Below, piece after piece: positions 1 to 14,510 of a DNA stretch of 64,000 nt (the stretch's first letter is position 1; each line of letters begins with the position of its first letter). A program made the translations under genes and the position numbers. This DNA comes from the human T2T-CHM13v2.0 reference genome, Homo sapiens. A model generated the notes under the pieces. It was given only the letters and a program-made list of their open reading frames with translations, did not search any database and had not been told where the DNA came from. The stretch covers positions 7,712,001 through 7,776,000 of the forward strand of contig CP068257.2 of NCBI GenBank assembly GCA_009914755.4. Direction: 5' to 3'.

Positions 1-3000
1 CGATTGGAGTCAAATAAAATGGAATGGAAATGAATGGAATAGAATGGAATGGAATGGAACGGAAAGGAATGGCATGAACCCGAGTGGAATGGAATGGAAT
101 GGAATGGAATGGAATGGAATGGAATGGAATCGAAAGGCACGGAATGGAATGGAATGGAATGGAATGGAATGGAATGGAATGGAATCAACCCGAGTGGAAT
201 GGAATGGAATGGAATCAAACTGAGTGGAATGGAATGGAATGGAATGCAATGGAATGTAATGGAGTGGAAGGCATTAGAATCAACTGGAATGGAATGGAGT
301 GGAATGGAATGGAATCAACGCCAGTGGAATGGAATGGAATGGAATGGATAATAATGGAATGGAATGGAATCAACCCGGGTGGAATGGAATGGAATGGAAT
401 GCAATGGAATGGAATGGAATCAACTCGAGTGGAATGAAATGTAACGTAATGTAATGGAATGGAATGGAATGGAATGGAATAGAATGGAATCAATTCGAGT
501 GTAATATAACGGTATAGAATGGAATGGAATGGAATGGAATGGAATCAACTAGAGTGGAAACGAATGGAAAGGAATGGAATGGAATGGAATGGAGTGTAAT
601 GGAATGGAATGGAATGGAATGGAATGGCATGGAATGGAATGGAATGGAGTGGAATCAACCAGAGTGGAATGGAGTGCAATGGACTGTAACGGCATGGAAT
701 GGAATGGAATGGAGTGGAATAAACACGAGTGGAATGGAATGGAATGGAATGGACTGGAATCAACCAGAGTGCAATGGAATGAAATAGAATGGAATGGAAT
801 GGAATGGAATGAAATAAACACGAGCGGAATGGAATGGAATGGAATGGAATGGAAAGGAATGGAATGCAATGGAATCAACCCGAGTGGAATGGAATGGAAT
901 GGAATGGAATGGAATGCAATGGAATGGAAAGGAATGGAATGTAATGGAATTCAATGGAATGGAATGTACAGGAATGGAATGAAATGTAATGGAATGGAAT
1001 GCAATGGAGTGGAATGGACTAGAATGGAATGGAATGGAATGAAATCAACCCGATTGGAATGGATTGGAATGCAATGGAATGGAATGGAATCAACTGGAAA
1101 GGAATGAAATGGAACGGAATGGAATAGAATGGAATGGATTGGAATGGAATGGAATGGATTCAACCCGAGTGGAATGGAATGGAATAGAATGGAATGGAAT
1201 CAACTCGAGTGGAATGAAATGTAATGTAATGGAATGGAATGGAATTGAATGGAATAAACACGAGTGGAATGGAATGGAATGGAATGGAATGGAATGGAAT
1301 AGAATAGAGTCAATTCAAGTGCAATGGAATGGTATACAATGGAATCGAATGGAATGGAATCAACCAGAGTGGAATGGAATGGAAAGGAATGGAATGGAAT
1401 GGAATGGAATGGAAAGGAATGGCATGGAATGGAATGGAATGTAACGGCATGCAATGGAATGGAATGGAGTGGATTCAACCCGAGTGGAATGGAGTGGATT
1501 GGACTGTAACGGCATGGAATGGAATGGAATGGAGTGGAATAAACACGAGTGGAATGGAATGGAATGGAATGGACTGGAATCAACCCGAGTGCAATGGAAT
1601 GGAATACAATGGAATGGAATGGAATGAAATAAACACGAGTGGAATGGAATGGAATGGAATGGAATGGAATGGAATGGAAAGGAATGGAAGAGAATGGAAT
1701 GGAATCAACTCGAGTGGAAAGGAATGGAATGGAAAGGAATGGAATGGAATGGAAAGGAATGTAATGCAATGGAATGCAGTGTTATGGAATGGAATCAACC
1801 CGAGTGGAATGGAATGGAATGGAATGGAATGGAATGGAATGGAATGCAATGGAATGGAAAGGAATGGAATGGAATGGAATGGAACGGAATGGAATGGAAT
1901 GGAATGGACAGGAATGGAATGGAACGGAATGGAATGGAATGGAATGGAGTGGAATGGACTAGAATGGAATGGAATGGAATGAAATCAACCCGATTGGAAT
2001 GGAACGGAATGCAATGGAATGGAATGGAATCAACTGGTAAGGAATCAAATGGAACGGAATGGAATAGAATGGCATGGATTGGAATGGAATGGAATGGAAT
2101 CAAACCTAGTAGAATGGAATGGAAAGAATGGAGTGAACAGGAATGGAATGGAATGGAATGGAATTTAATGGAATGGAATGGAATTTAATAGAATGGAATG
2201 GAATGGAATGGAATGGAATGGAATGGAATCAACCTGAGTGGAGTGGAATGGAATGGAATGGAATGGAATGGAAATGAATGGAATAGAATAGAATGGAATG
2301 GAACGGAAAGGAATGGAATGAACCCGAGTGGAATGGAATGGAATGGAATGGAATGGAATGGAACGGCACGGAATGGAATGGAATGGAATGGAATGGAATG
2401 GAATGGAATGGAATGGAATCAACCCGAGTGGAATGGAATGGAATGGAATCAAACTGAGTGGAATGGAATGGAATGGAAAGCAATGGAATGTAATGCAGTG
2501 GAAGGCATTAGAATCAACTGGAATGGAATGGAGTGGAATGGAATGGAATCAATGTCAGTGGAATGGAATGGAATGGAATGGATAATAATGGAATGGAATG
2601 GAATCAATCCGGGTGGAATGGAATGGAATGGAATGCAATGGAATGGAATGGAATCAACTCGAGTGGAATGAAATGTAACGTAATGGAATGGAATGGAATG
2701 GAATGGAATAGAATGGAATCAATTCGAGTGTAATATAACGGTATAGAATGGAATGGAATGGAATGGAATCAACTAGAGTGGAAACGAACGGAAAGAATGG
2801 AATGGAATGGAATGGAGTGTAATGGAATGGAATGGAATGGAAAGGAATGGAATGGAATGGAATGGCATGGAATGGAATGGAATGGAGTGGAATCAACCAG
2901 AGTGGAATGGAGTGCAATGGACTGTAACGGCATGGAATGGAATGGAATGGAGTGGAATAAACACGAGTGGAATGGAATGGAATGGAACGGACTGGAATGG

Positions 3001-6000
3001 AATGGAATGGAATCAACCCGAGTGAAATGGAATGGAATAGATTGGAATGAAACAAACACGAGTGGAAAGGAATGGAATGGAATGGAATGGAAGAGAATGG
3101 AATGGAATCAACTCGAGTGGAAAGGAATGGAATGGAAAGGAATGGAATGGAATGGAAAGGAATGGAATGCAATGGAATGCAATGTTATGGAATGGAATCA
3201 ACCCGAGTTGAATGGAATGGAATGGAATGGAATGCAATGGAATGGAATGGAATCAACTCGAGTGGAATGAAATGTAATGGAATGGAATGGAATGGAATGG
3301 AATGGAATGGAATAGAATGGAATCATTTCGAATGCAATGTAATGGTATAGAATGGAATGGAATGGAATGGAATCAACCAGAGTGGAATGGAATGGAAAGG
3401 AATGGAATGGAATGGAATGGAAAGGAATGGAATGGAATGGAATGGAATGCAATGTAACGGCATGGAATGGAATGGAATGGAGTGGAATCAACCCGAGTGG
3501 AATGGAGTGGAATGGACTGTAATGGAATGGAATGGAATGGAGTGGAATAAACACAAGTGGAAAGGAATGGAATGGAATCAAACTGAGTGGAATGGAATGG
3601 AATGGAAGGCAATGGAATGTAATGCAGTGGAAGGCATTAGAATCAACTGGAATGGAATGGAGTGGAATGGAATGGAATCAACGCCAGTGGAATGGATTGG
3701 AATGGAATGGATAATAATGGAATGGAAGGGAATCAATCCGGGTGGAATGGAATGGAATGGAATGCAATGGAATGAAATGGAATCAACTCGAGTGGAATGA
3801 AATGTAACGTAATGGAATGGAATGGAATGGAATAGAATGGAATCAATTCGAGTGCAATATAATGGTATAGAATGGAATGGAATGGAATGGAATGGAATGG
3901 AATCAACCAGAGTGGAATGGAATGGAAAGGAATGGAATGGAATGGAATGGAATGGAATGGAATGGAATGGAATGGAATGGAATGGAACGGCATGGAATGG
4001 AATGGAATGGAGTGGAATCAACCCGAGTGGAATGGAGTGGAATGGACTGTAATGGCATGGAATGGAATGGAATGGAATGGAGTGGAATAAACACAAGTGG
4101 AATGGAATGGAATGGAATGGACTGGAATCAACAAGAGTGCAACGGAATGGAATAGAATGGAATGGAATGGAATGGAATGAAATAAACACGAGCGGAATGG
4201 AATGGAATGGAATGGAATGGAATGGAATGGAATGGAATGGAAAGGAATGGAATGCAATGGAATCAACCCGAGTGGAATGGAATAGAATGGAATGGAATGG
4301 AATGGAATGCAATGGAATGGAAAGGAATGGAATGTAATGGAATTCAATGGAATGGAATGTACAGGAATGGAATGGAATGTAATGGAATGGAATGCAATGG
4401 AGTGGAATGGAGTAGAATGGAATGGAATGGAATGAAATCAACCCGATTGGAATGGATTGGAATGCAATGGAATGGAATGGAATCAACTGGAAAGGAATGA
4501 AATGGAACGGAATGGAATAGAATGGAATGGATTGGAATGGAATGGAATGGATTCAACCCGAGTGGAATGGAATGGAATAGAATGGAATAAACACGAGTGG
4601 GATGGAATGGAATGGAATGGAATCAACTCGAGTGGAATGAAATGTAATGTAATGGAATGGAATGGAATTGAATGGAATAAACACGAGTGGAATGGAATGG
4701 AATGGAATGGAATGGAATAGAATAGAGTCAATTCAAGTGCAATGGAATGGTATACAATGGAATCGAATGGAATGGAATCAACCAGAGTGGAATGGAATGG
4801 AAAGGAATGAAATGGAATGGAATGGAATGGAATGGAATGGAATGGAATGGAATGTAACGGCATGCAATGGAATGGAATGGAGTGGATTCAACCCGAGTGG
4901 AATGGAGTGGATTGGACTGTAACGGCATGGAATGGAATGGAATGGAGTGGAATAAACACGAGTGGAATGGAATGGAATGGAATGGACTGGAATCAACCCG
5001 AGTGCAATGGAATGGAATACAATGGAATGGAATGGAATGGAATGAAATAAACACGAGTGGAATGGAATGGAATGGAATGGAATGCAATGGAATGGAAAGG
5101 AATGGAAGAGAATGGAATGGAATCAACTCGAGTGGAAAGGAATGGAATGGAAAGGAATGGAATGGAATGGAAAGGAATGTAATGCAATGGAATGCAGTGT
5201 TATGGAATGGAATCAACCCGAGTGGAATGGAATGGAATGGAATGGAATGGAATGGAATGGAATGCAATGGAATGGACAGGAATGGAATGGAATGGATTGG
5301 AATGGAATGGAATGGACAGGAATGGAATGGAATGGAATGGAATGGAATGGAGTGGAATGGACTAGAATTGAATGGAATGGAATGAAATCAACCCGATTGG
5401 AATGGAACGGAATGCAATGGAATGGAATGGAATCAACTGGTAAGGAATCAAATGGAACGGAATGGAATAGAATGGAATGGATTCGAATGGAATGGAATGG
5501 AATCAAACCTAGTAGAATGGAATGGAAAGAATGGAGTGAACAGGAATGGAATGGAATGGAATGGAATTTAATGGAATGGAATGGAATTTAATGGAATGGA
5601 ATGGAATGGAATGGAATGGAATGGAATGGAATCAACCTGAGTGGAGTGGAATGGAATGGAATGGAAATGAATGGAATAGAATAGAATGGAATGGAACGGA
5701 AAGGAATGGAATGAACCCGAGTGGAATGGAATGTAATGGAATGGAATGGAACGGCACGGAACGGAATGGAATGGAATGGAATGGAATGGAATGGAATGGA
5801 ATGGAATCAACCCGAGTGGAATGGAATGGAATGGAATCAAACTGAGTGGAATGGAATGGAATGGAAAGCAATGGAATGTAATGCAGTGGAAGGCATTAGA
5901 ATCAACTGGAATGGAATGGAGTGAAATGGAATGGAACCAACGCCAGTGGAATGGAATGGATTGGAATGGATAATAATGGAATGGAAGGGAATCAATCCGG

Positions 6001-6350
6001 GTGGAATGGAATGGAATGGAATGCAATGGAATGAAATGGAATCAACTCGAGTGGAATGAAATGTAACGTAATGTAATGGAATGGAATGGAATGGAATGGA
6101 ATAGAATGGAATCAATTCGAGTGCAATATAATGGTATAGAATGGAATGGAATGGAATGGAATGGAATCAAACAGAGTGGAATGGAATGGAATGGAATGGA
6201 ATGGAATGGAATGGAATGGACTGTAACGGCATGGAATGCAATGGAATGGAGTGGAATCAACCCGAGTGGAATGGAATGGATTGGACTGTAATGGCATGGA
6301 ACGGAATGGAATGGAGTGGAATCAACGTGAGAGGAATGGAATGGAATGGA
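1..6350 (+). repeat. HSat3 higher-order repeat domain, period ~3.35-3.42 kb, with nested ~1.1 kb and ~2.25 kb sub-periodicities
   Basis: Diagnostic diverged blocks recur at fixed offsets. caattcgagtg(t/c)aatataa(c/t)ggtatagaatgg occurs at 491, 2720, 3844 and 6113. caattcaagtgcaatggaatggtatacaatgg occurs at 1311 and 4729 (delta 3418). ggaacggaaaggaatgg(c/a)atgaacccgagtgg occurs at ~60, ~2300 and ~5690. Confidence 0.7.
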
Positions 6351-9300
6351 ATGGAATGGAATGGAATGGAATGGAATCATCCAGAGTGGAATGGAATGGA
6401 ATGGAATGGAATGGAATGGAATGGAATGGAATCATCCAGAGTGGAATGGAATGGAATGGAATGGAATGGAATATATTGGAATGGAATGCAACGGAATCAA
6501 CTGGAATGGAATGGAATGGATTATAATGGAATGGAATGGAATCAATCCGGGTGGAATGGAATGGAATGGAATGGAATTCAATGTAATGGAAACAAACCGA
6601 GAGGAATGTAATGGAATGGAAAGGACTGGAATGTAATGGAATGGATTGGAATCAAACCGATTCCAATGCAACGGAATGGAATGGAATGGAATGGAAAGAA
6701 ATCAACCCGAATGGAATGGATTGGAATAGAGTGGAATGGAATGGAATGGCATGGAATGCAATGAAATCAACTAGAATGGAATGGAATGGAATGGAATGAA
6801 CAGGAATGGAATGGAATGGAATGAACAGGAATGGAATGGAATGGAATGGAGTGGAATGGAATGGAATGGAGTGGAATGGAATGGAATGGAATGAAATCAA
6901 CCCGATTGGAATCGAATGGAATGCAATGGAATGGAATGGAATCAACTGGAAAGGAATCAAATGGAACGGAATGGAATGGAATGGAATGGAATGGAATGGA
7001 ATGGAGTGGAATGGAATGGAATGGAATGGAATGGAGTGGAATGGAATGGATTATAATGGAATGGAATGGAATCAACCCGAGTGGAATGGAATGGAAAGGA
7101 ATGGAATGGAATCAACCTGAGTGCAATGGAAAGGAATGGAATGGAATGGATTATAATGGAATAGAATGGAATCAATCCGGGTGGAATGGAATGGGATGGA
7201 ATCAACTCAAGTGGAATGAAATGGAATGGAATGGAATGGAATGGAATGGAATGGAATGGAATGGAATCAATTCGAGTGCAATTTAATGGTATAGAATGGA
7301 ATGGAATGGAATGGAATGGAATGGAATGGAATCAACCAGAGTGGAAACGAATGGAAAGGAATGGAATGGAATGGAATGGAATGGAATGGAATGGAATGGA
7401 ATGGAATGGAATGGAATGGAATCGAATGGAATGTAACGGCATGGAATGGAATGGAATGGAGTGGAATCAACCCGAGTGGAATGGAGTGCAATGGACTGTA
7501 AAGGCATGGAATGGAATGGAATGGAGTGGAATAAACACGAGTGGAATGGAATGGAATGGAATGGAACGGAACGGAATCAACCCGAGTGCAATGGAATGGA
7601 ATAGAATGGAATGAAATAAACACGAGTGGAAAGGAATGGAATGGAATGGAATGGAATGGAAGAGAACGGAATGGAATCAACTCGAGTTGAAAGGAATGGA
7701 ATGGAAAGCAATAGAATGGAATGGAAAGGAATGGAATGCAATGGAATGCAATGTTATGGAATGGAATCAACCTGAGTGGAATGGAATGGAATGGAATGGA
7801 ATGGAATGGAATGGAATGGAATGGAATGCAATGGACTGGAATGGAATGGAATGCAATGGAATGGACAGGAATGGAATGGAAAGGAATGGAATGGAATGGA
7901 ATGGAATGGAATGGACAGGAATGGAATGGAATGGAATGGAACGGAGTGGAATGGACTAGAATGGAATGGAATGGAATGAAATCAACCCGATTGGAATGGA
8001 ATGGAATGCAGTGGAATGGAATGGAATCAACTGGAAAGGAATCAAAAGGAATGGAATGGAATAGAATGGAATGGAATGGAATGGAATGGAATGGAATGGA
8101 ATGGAATCAACCCGAGTGGAATGGATTGGAATGGAGTGGAATGGAATGGAACGGCATGGAATTCAATGGCATCAACTAGAAAGGAATGGAATGGAATGGA
8201 TTGGAATGGAATCGAACGGAATCGCACTGAGTGGAATGGAATGGAATGGAATCAAACTGAGTGGAATGGAATGGAATGGAATGCAATGGAATGTAATGGA
8301 GTGGAAGGCATTAGAATCGACTGGAATGCAATGGAATGGAATGGAATGGAATGCAATGGAATGCAATGGAATGGAATGGAATGGAATTCAATGTAATGGA
8401 AACAAACCAAGTGGAATGTAATGAAATGGAAAGGACTGGAATGTAATGGAATGGATTGGAATCAACCCAATTCCAATGCAGCGGAATGGAATGGAAGGGA
8501 ATGGAATGGAATGGAAAGGAATGGAATGAACTGTAATGGAATGGAATGGAATGGAATTTAATGGAATGGAATGGAATCAACCCGAGTGGAGTGCAATGGA
8601 ATGGAATAGAAATGAATGGAATGGAATGGAATGGAATGGAACGGAACGGAATGGAATGAACCCGAGTGGAATGGAATGGAATGGAATGGAATGGAATGGG
8701 ATGGAATGGAATGGAATGGTTTCAACCCGAGTGGAATGGAATGGAATGGAATCAAACTGAGTGGAATGGAAGGGAATGGAATGCAATTGAATGTAATGGA
8801 GTGGAAGGCATTTGAATCAACTGGAATGGAATGGAATGGAATGGAATGGAATGGAATGGAATCAACCCCAGTGGAATGGAATATATGGAAATGGATTATA
8901 ATGGAATGGAATGGAATCAATCCGGGTGGAATGGAATGGAATGGAATGGATTATAGTTGAATGGAATGGAATCAATCCTTGTGGAATGGAGTGGAATGGA
9001 ATGGAATAGAATGGAATGGAATTCAATGTAATGGAAACAAACCGAGTGGAATGTAATGGAATGGAAAGGACTGGAATCTAATGGAATGTATAGGAATCAA
9101 CCTGATTCCAATGCAACGAAATGGAATGGAATGGAATGCAATGGAAGGGAATGGAATGGAATGGAAAGGAAAGGAATGAACTGGAATTGAATGGAATGGA
9201 ATGGAATTTAATGGAATGGAATGGAATGGAATGGAATGGAATGGAATGGAATGGAATCAACCCGAGTGGAGTGGAATGGAATGCAATGGAAATGAATGGA

Positions 9301-12300
9301 TTAGAATGGAATGGAATGGAATGGAATGGAATGGAATGGAATGGAATCAACCAGAGTGGAGTGGAATGGAATGCAATGGAAATGAATGGAATAGAATGGA
9401 ATGGAATGGAACGGAACGGAATGGAATGAACCCGAGTGGAATGGAATGGAATAGAATGGAATGGAAAGGCACGAAATGGAATGGAATGGAATGGAATGGA
9501 ATGGAATGGAATGGAATGGAATGGAATCAACCCGAGTGGAATGGAATGGAATGGAATCAAACTGAGTGGAATGGAATGGAATGGAATGCAATGGAATGGA
9601 ATGGAATGGAATGGAATGGAATGGAGTGGAAGGCATTAGAATCACCTGGAATGGAATGGAATGGAATGGAATGGAATCAACCCGAGTGGAATGGAATGGA
9701 ATGGAATCAAACTGAGTGGAATGGAATGGAATGGAATGCAATGGAATGGAATGGAATGGAATGGAATCAACCACAGTGGAATGGAATGGAATGGAATGGA
9801 TTATAATAGAATGGAATGGAATCAATCCGGGTGGAATGGAATGGAATGGAATGGAATGGAATGGAATGGAATGGAATCAACCCGAGTGGAATGGAATGGA
9901 ATGGAATCAAACTGAGTGGAATAGAATGGAATGCAATGGAATGGAATGGAATGGAATGGAATCAACAACAGTGGAATGGAATGGAATGGAATGGATTATA
10001 ATAGAATGGAATGGAATCAATCCGGGTGGAATGGAATGGAATGGAATGGAATGGAATGGAATGGAATCAACTCGAGTGGAATGACATGTGACGTAATGGA
10101 ATGGAATGGAATGGAATGGAACACAATGGAATCAATTCGAGTGCCATGTAATGGTATAGAATGGAATGGAATGGAATGGAATGGAATGGAATGGAATGGA
10201 ATCATCCAGAGTGGAATGGAATGGAATGGAATGGAATGGAATGGAATGGAATGGAATGGAATATATTGGAATGGAATGCAACAGAATCAACTGGAATGGA
10301 ATGGAATGGATTATAATGGAATGGAATGGAATCAATCCGGGTGGAATGGAATGGAATGGAATGGAATTCAATGTAATGGAAACAAACCGAGAGGAATGTA
10401 ATGGAATGGAAAGGACTGGAATGTAATGGAATGGATTGGAATCAAACCGATTCCAATGCAACGGAATGGAATGGAATGGAATGGAAAGAAATCAACCCGA
10501 ATGGAATGGATTGGAATAGAGTGGAATGGAATGGAATGGCATGGAATGCAATGAAATCAACTAGAATGGAATGGAATGGAATGGAATGAACAGGAATGGA
10601 ATAGAATGGAATGGAGTGGAATGGAATGGAATGGAGTGGAATGGAATGGAATGGAATGAAATCAACCCGATTGGAATCGAATGGAATGCAATGGAATGGA
10701 ATGGAATCAACTGGAAAGGAATCAAATGGAACGGAATGGAATGGAATGGAATGGAATGGAATGGAATGGAATGGAGTGGAATGGAATGGAATGGAATGGA
10801 ATGGAGTGGAATGGAATGGATTATAATGGAATGGAATGGAATCAACCCGAGTGGAATGGAATGGAAAGGAATGGAATGGAATCAACCTGAGCGCAATGGA
10901 AAGGAATGGAATGGAATGGATTATAATGGAATAGAATGGAATCAATCCGGGTGGAATGGAATGGGATGGAATCAACTCAAGTGGAATGAAATGGAATGGA
11001 ATGGAATGGAATGGAATGGAATGGAATGGAATAGAATGGAATCAATTCGAGTGCAATTTAATGGTATAGAATGGAATGGAATGGAATGGAATGGAATGGA
11101 ATGGAATGGAATGGAATGGAATCAACCAGAGTGGAAACGAATGGAAAGGAATGGAATGGAATGGAATGGAATGGAATGGAATGGAATGGAATGGAATGGA
11201 ATGGAATCGAATGGAATGTAACGGCATGGAATGGAATGGAATGGAGTGGAATCAACCCGAGTGGAATGGAGTGCAATGGACTGTAAAGGCATGGAATGGA
11301 ATGGAATGGAGTGGAATAAACACGAGTGGAATGGAATGGAATGGAATGGAACGGAACGGAATCAACCCGAGTGCAATGGAATGGAATAGAATGGAATGAA
11401 ATAAACACGAGTGGAAAGGAATGGAATGGAATGGAATGGAATGGAATGGAAGAGAACGGAATGGAATCAACTCGAGTGGAAAGGAATGGAATGGAAAGCA
11501 ATAGAATGGAATGGAAAGGAATGGAATGCAATGGAATGCAATGTTATGGAATGGAATCAACCCGAGTGGAATGGAATGGAATGGAATGGAATGGAATGGA
11601 ATGCAATGGACTGGAATGGAATGGAATGCAATGGAATGGACAGGAATGGAATGGAATGGAATGGAATGGAATGGAATGGAATGGAATGGACAGGAATGGA
11701 ATGGAATGGAATGGAACGGAGTGGAATGGACTAGAATGGAATGGAATGGAATGAAATCAACCCGATTGGAATGGAATGGAATGCAGTGGAATGGAATGGA
11801 ATCAACTGGAAAGGAATCAAAAGGAATGGAATGGAATGGAATGGAATGGAATGGAATGGAATGGAATGGAATGGAATGGAATGGAATCAACCCGAGTGGA
11901 ATGGATTGGAATGGAGTGGAATGGAATGGAACGGCATGGAATTCAATGGCATCAACTAGAAAGGAATGGAATGGAATGGATTGGAATGGAATCGAACGGA
12001 ATCGCACTGAGTGGAATGGAATGGAATGGAATCAAACTGAGTGGAATGGAATGGAATGGAATGCAATGGAATGTAATCGAGTGGAAGGCATTAGAATCGA
12101 CTGGAATGCAATGGAATGGAATGGAATGGAATGCAATGGAATGCAATGGAATGGAATGGAATGGAATTCAATGTAATGGAAACAAACCAAGTGGAATGTA
12201 ATGAAATGGAAAGGACTGGAATGTAATGGAATGGATTGGAATCAACCCAATTCCAATGCAGCGGAATGGAATGGAAGGGAATGGAATGGAATGGAAAGGA

Positions 12301-14510
12301 ATGGAATGAACTGGAATGGAATGGAATGGAATGGAATTTAATGGAATGGAATGGAATCAACCCGAGTGGAGTGCAATGGAATGGAATAGAAATGAATGGA
12401 ATGGAATGGAATGGAATGGAACGGAACGGAATGGAATGAACCCGAGTGGAATGGAATGGAATGGAATGGAATGGGATGGAATGGAATGGAATGGTTTCAA
12501 CCCGAGTGGAATGGAATGGAATGGAATCAAACTGAGTGGAATGGAAGGGAATGGAATGCAATTGAATGCAATGGAGTGGAAGGCATTTGAATCAACTGGA
12601 ATGGAATGGAATGGAATGGAATGGAATGGAATGGAATGGAATGGAATCAACCCCAGTGGAATGGAATGTATGGAAATGGATTATAATGGAATGGAATGGA
12701 ATCAATCCGGGTGGAATGGAATGGAATGGAATGGATTATAGTTGAATGGAATGGAATCAATCCTTGTGGAATGGAGTGGAATGGAATGGAATAGAATGGA
12801 ATGGAATTCAATGTAATGGAAACAAACCGAGTGGAATGTAATGGAATGGAAAGGACTGGAATCTAATGGAATGTATAGGAATGAACCTGATTCCAATGCA
12901 ACGAAATGGAATGGAATGGAATGCAATGGAAGGGAATGGAATGGAATGGAAAGGAAAGGAATGAACTGGAATTGAATGGAATGGAATGGAATTTAATGGA
13001 ATGGAATGGAATGGAATGGAATGGAATGGAATGGAATCAACCCGAGTGGAGTGGAATGGAATGCAATGGAAATGAATGGAATAGAATGGAATGGAATGGA
13101 ATGGAATGGAATGGAATGGAATCAACCAGAGTGGAGTGGAATGGAATGCAATGGAAATGAATGGAATAGAATGGAATGGAATGGAACGGAACGGAATGGA
13201 ATGAACCCGAGTGGAATGGAATGGAATAGAATGGAATGGAAAGGCACGAAATGGAATGGAATGGAATGGAATGGAATGGAATGGAATGGAATCAACCCGA
13301 GTGGAATGGAATGGAATGGAATCAAACTGAGTGGAATGGAATGGAATGGAATGGAATGGAATGGAATGGAATGGAGTGGAAGGCATTAGAATCACCTGGA
13401 ATGGAATGGAATGGAATGGAATGGAATCAACCCGAGTGGAATGGAATGGAATGGAATCAAACTGAGTGGAATGGAATGGAATGGAATGCAATGGAATGGA
13501 ATGGAATGGAATGGAATCAACCACAGTGGAATGGAATGGAATGGAATGGATTATAATAGAATGGAATGGAATCAATCCGGGTGGAATGGAATGGAATGGA
13601 ATGGAATGGAATGGAATGGAATCAACCCGAGTGGAATGGAATGGAATGGAATCAAACTGAGTGGAATGGAATGGAATGCAATGGAATGGAATGGAATGGA
13701 AAGGAATCAACCACAGTGGAATGGAATGGAATGGAATGGATTATAATAGAATGGAATGGAATCAATCCGGGTGGAATGGAATGGAATGGAATGGAATGGA
13801 ATGGAATCAACTCGAGTGGAATGACATGTGACGTAATGGAATGGAATGGAATGGAATGGAACACAATGGAATCAATTCGAGTGCCATGTAATGGTATAGA
13901 ATGGAATGGAATGGAATGGAATGGAATGGAATGGAATGGAATGGAATGGAATGGAATGGAATCATCCAGAGTGGAATGGAATGGAATGGAATGGAATGGA
14001 ATGGAATGGAATGGAATATATTGGAATGGAATGCAACAGAATCAACTGGAATGGAATGGAATGGATTATAATGGAATGGAATGGAATCAATCCGGGTGGA
14101 ATGGAATGGAATGGAATGGAATTCAATGTAATGGAAACAAACCGAGAGGAATGTAATGGAATGGAAAGGACTGGAATGTAATGGAATGGATTGGAATCAA
14201 ACCGATTCCAATGCAACGGAATGGAATGGAATGGAATGGAAAGAAATCAACCCGAATGCAATGGATTGGAATAGAGTGGAATGGAATGGAATGGCATGGA
14301 ATGTAATGAAATCAACTAGAATGGAATGGAATGGAATGGAATGAACAGGAATGGAATGGAATGGAATGGAATGGAGTGGAATGGAATGGAATGGAATGAA
14401 ATCAACCCGATTGGAATGGAATGGAATGCAATGGAATGGAATGGAATCAACTGGAAAGGAATCAAATGGAACGGAATGGAATGGAATGGAATGGAATGGA
14501 ATGGAATGGA
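6350..14510 (+). repeat. HSat3 higher-order repeat, unit ~3.76-3.79 kb, ~2.2 tandem copies
   Basis: Long, nearly identical marker stretches recur at ~3.77 kb. atcatccagagtgg...ggaatatattggaatggaatgcaac(g/a)gaatcaactgg occurs at ~6430, ~10200 and ~13962. gaaacaaaccgagaggaatgtaatggaatggaaaggactggaatgtaatggaatggattggaatcaaaccgattccaatgcaacgg occurs at ~6590, ~10380 and ~14135. gaaacaaaccaagtggaatgtaatgaaatgg occurs at ~8400 and ~12180. caattcgagtgccatgtaatggtatag occurs at 10133 and 13873. The third copy diverges after ~14510. Confidence 0.8.

Noticed and set aside
3578-4486. 302-aa ORF on the - strand (MIPFHSIAFQSIPIGL...), one of the longest in the track. A similar 300-aa ORF lies at 12808-13710 and a 251-aa ORF at 11252-12007
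   Set aside because: These are pure translations of (ATTCC)n, giving an IPFHS pentapeptide periodicity. They contain no unique sequence and no start or stop context beyond chance. Dozens of overlapping equivalents exist in all frames.
8300-8420. Locally G/C-richer diverged block (ggaaggcattagaatcgactggaatgcaatgg ... gaaacaaaccaagtgg) considered as a possible embedded unique element or gene fragment
   Set aside because: It recurs once per HOR copy (12080-12200; related copies at ~270, ~2500, ~3620, ~5890, ~9630 and ~13380). It is therefore an integral diverged part of the HSat3 higher-order unit.
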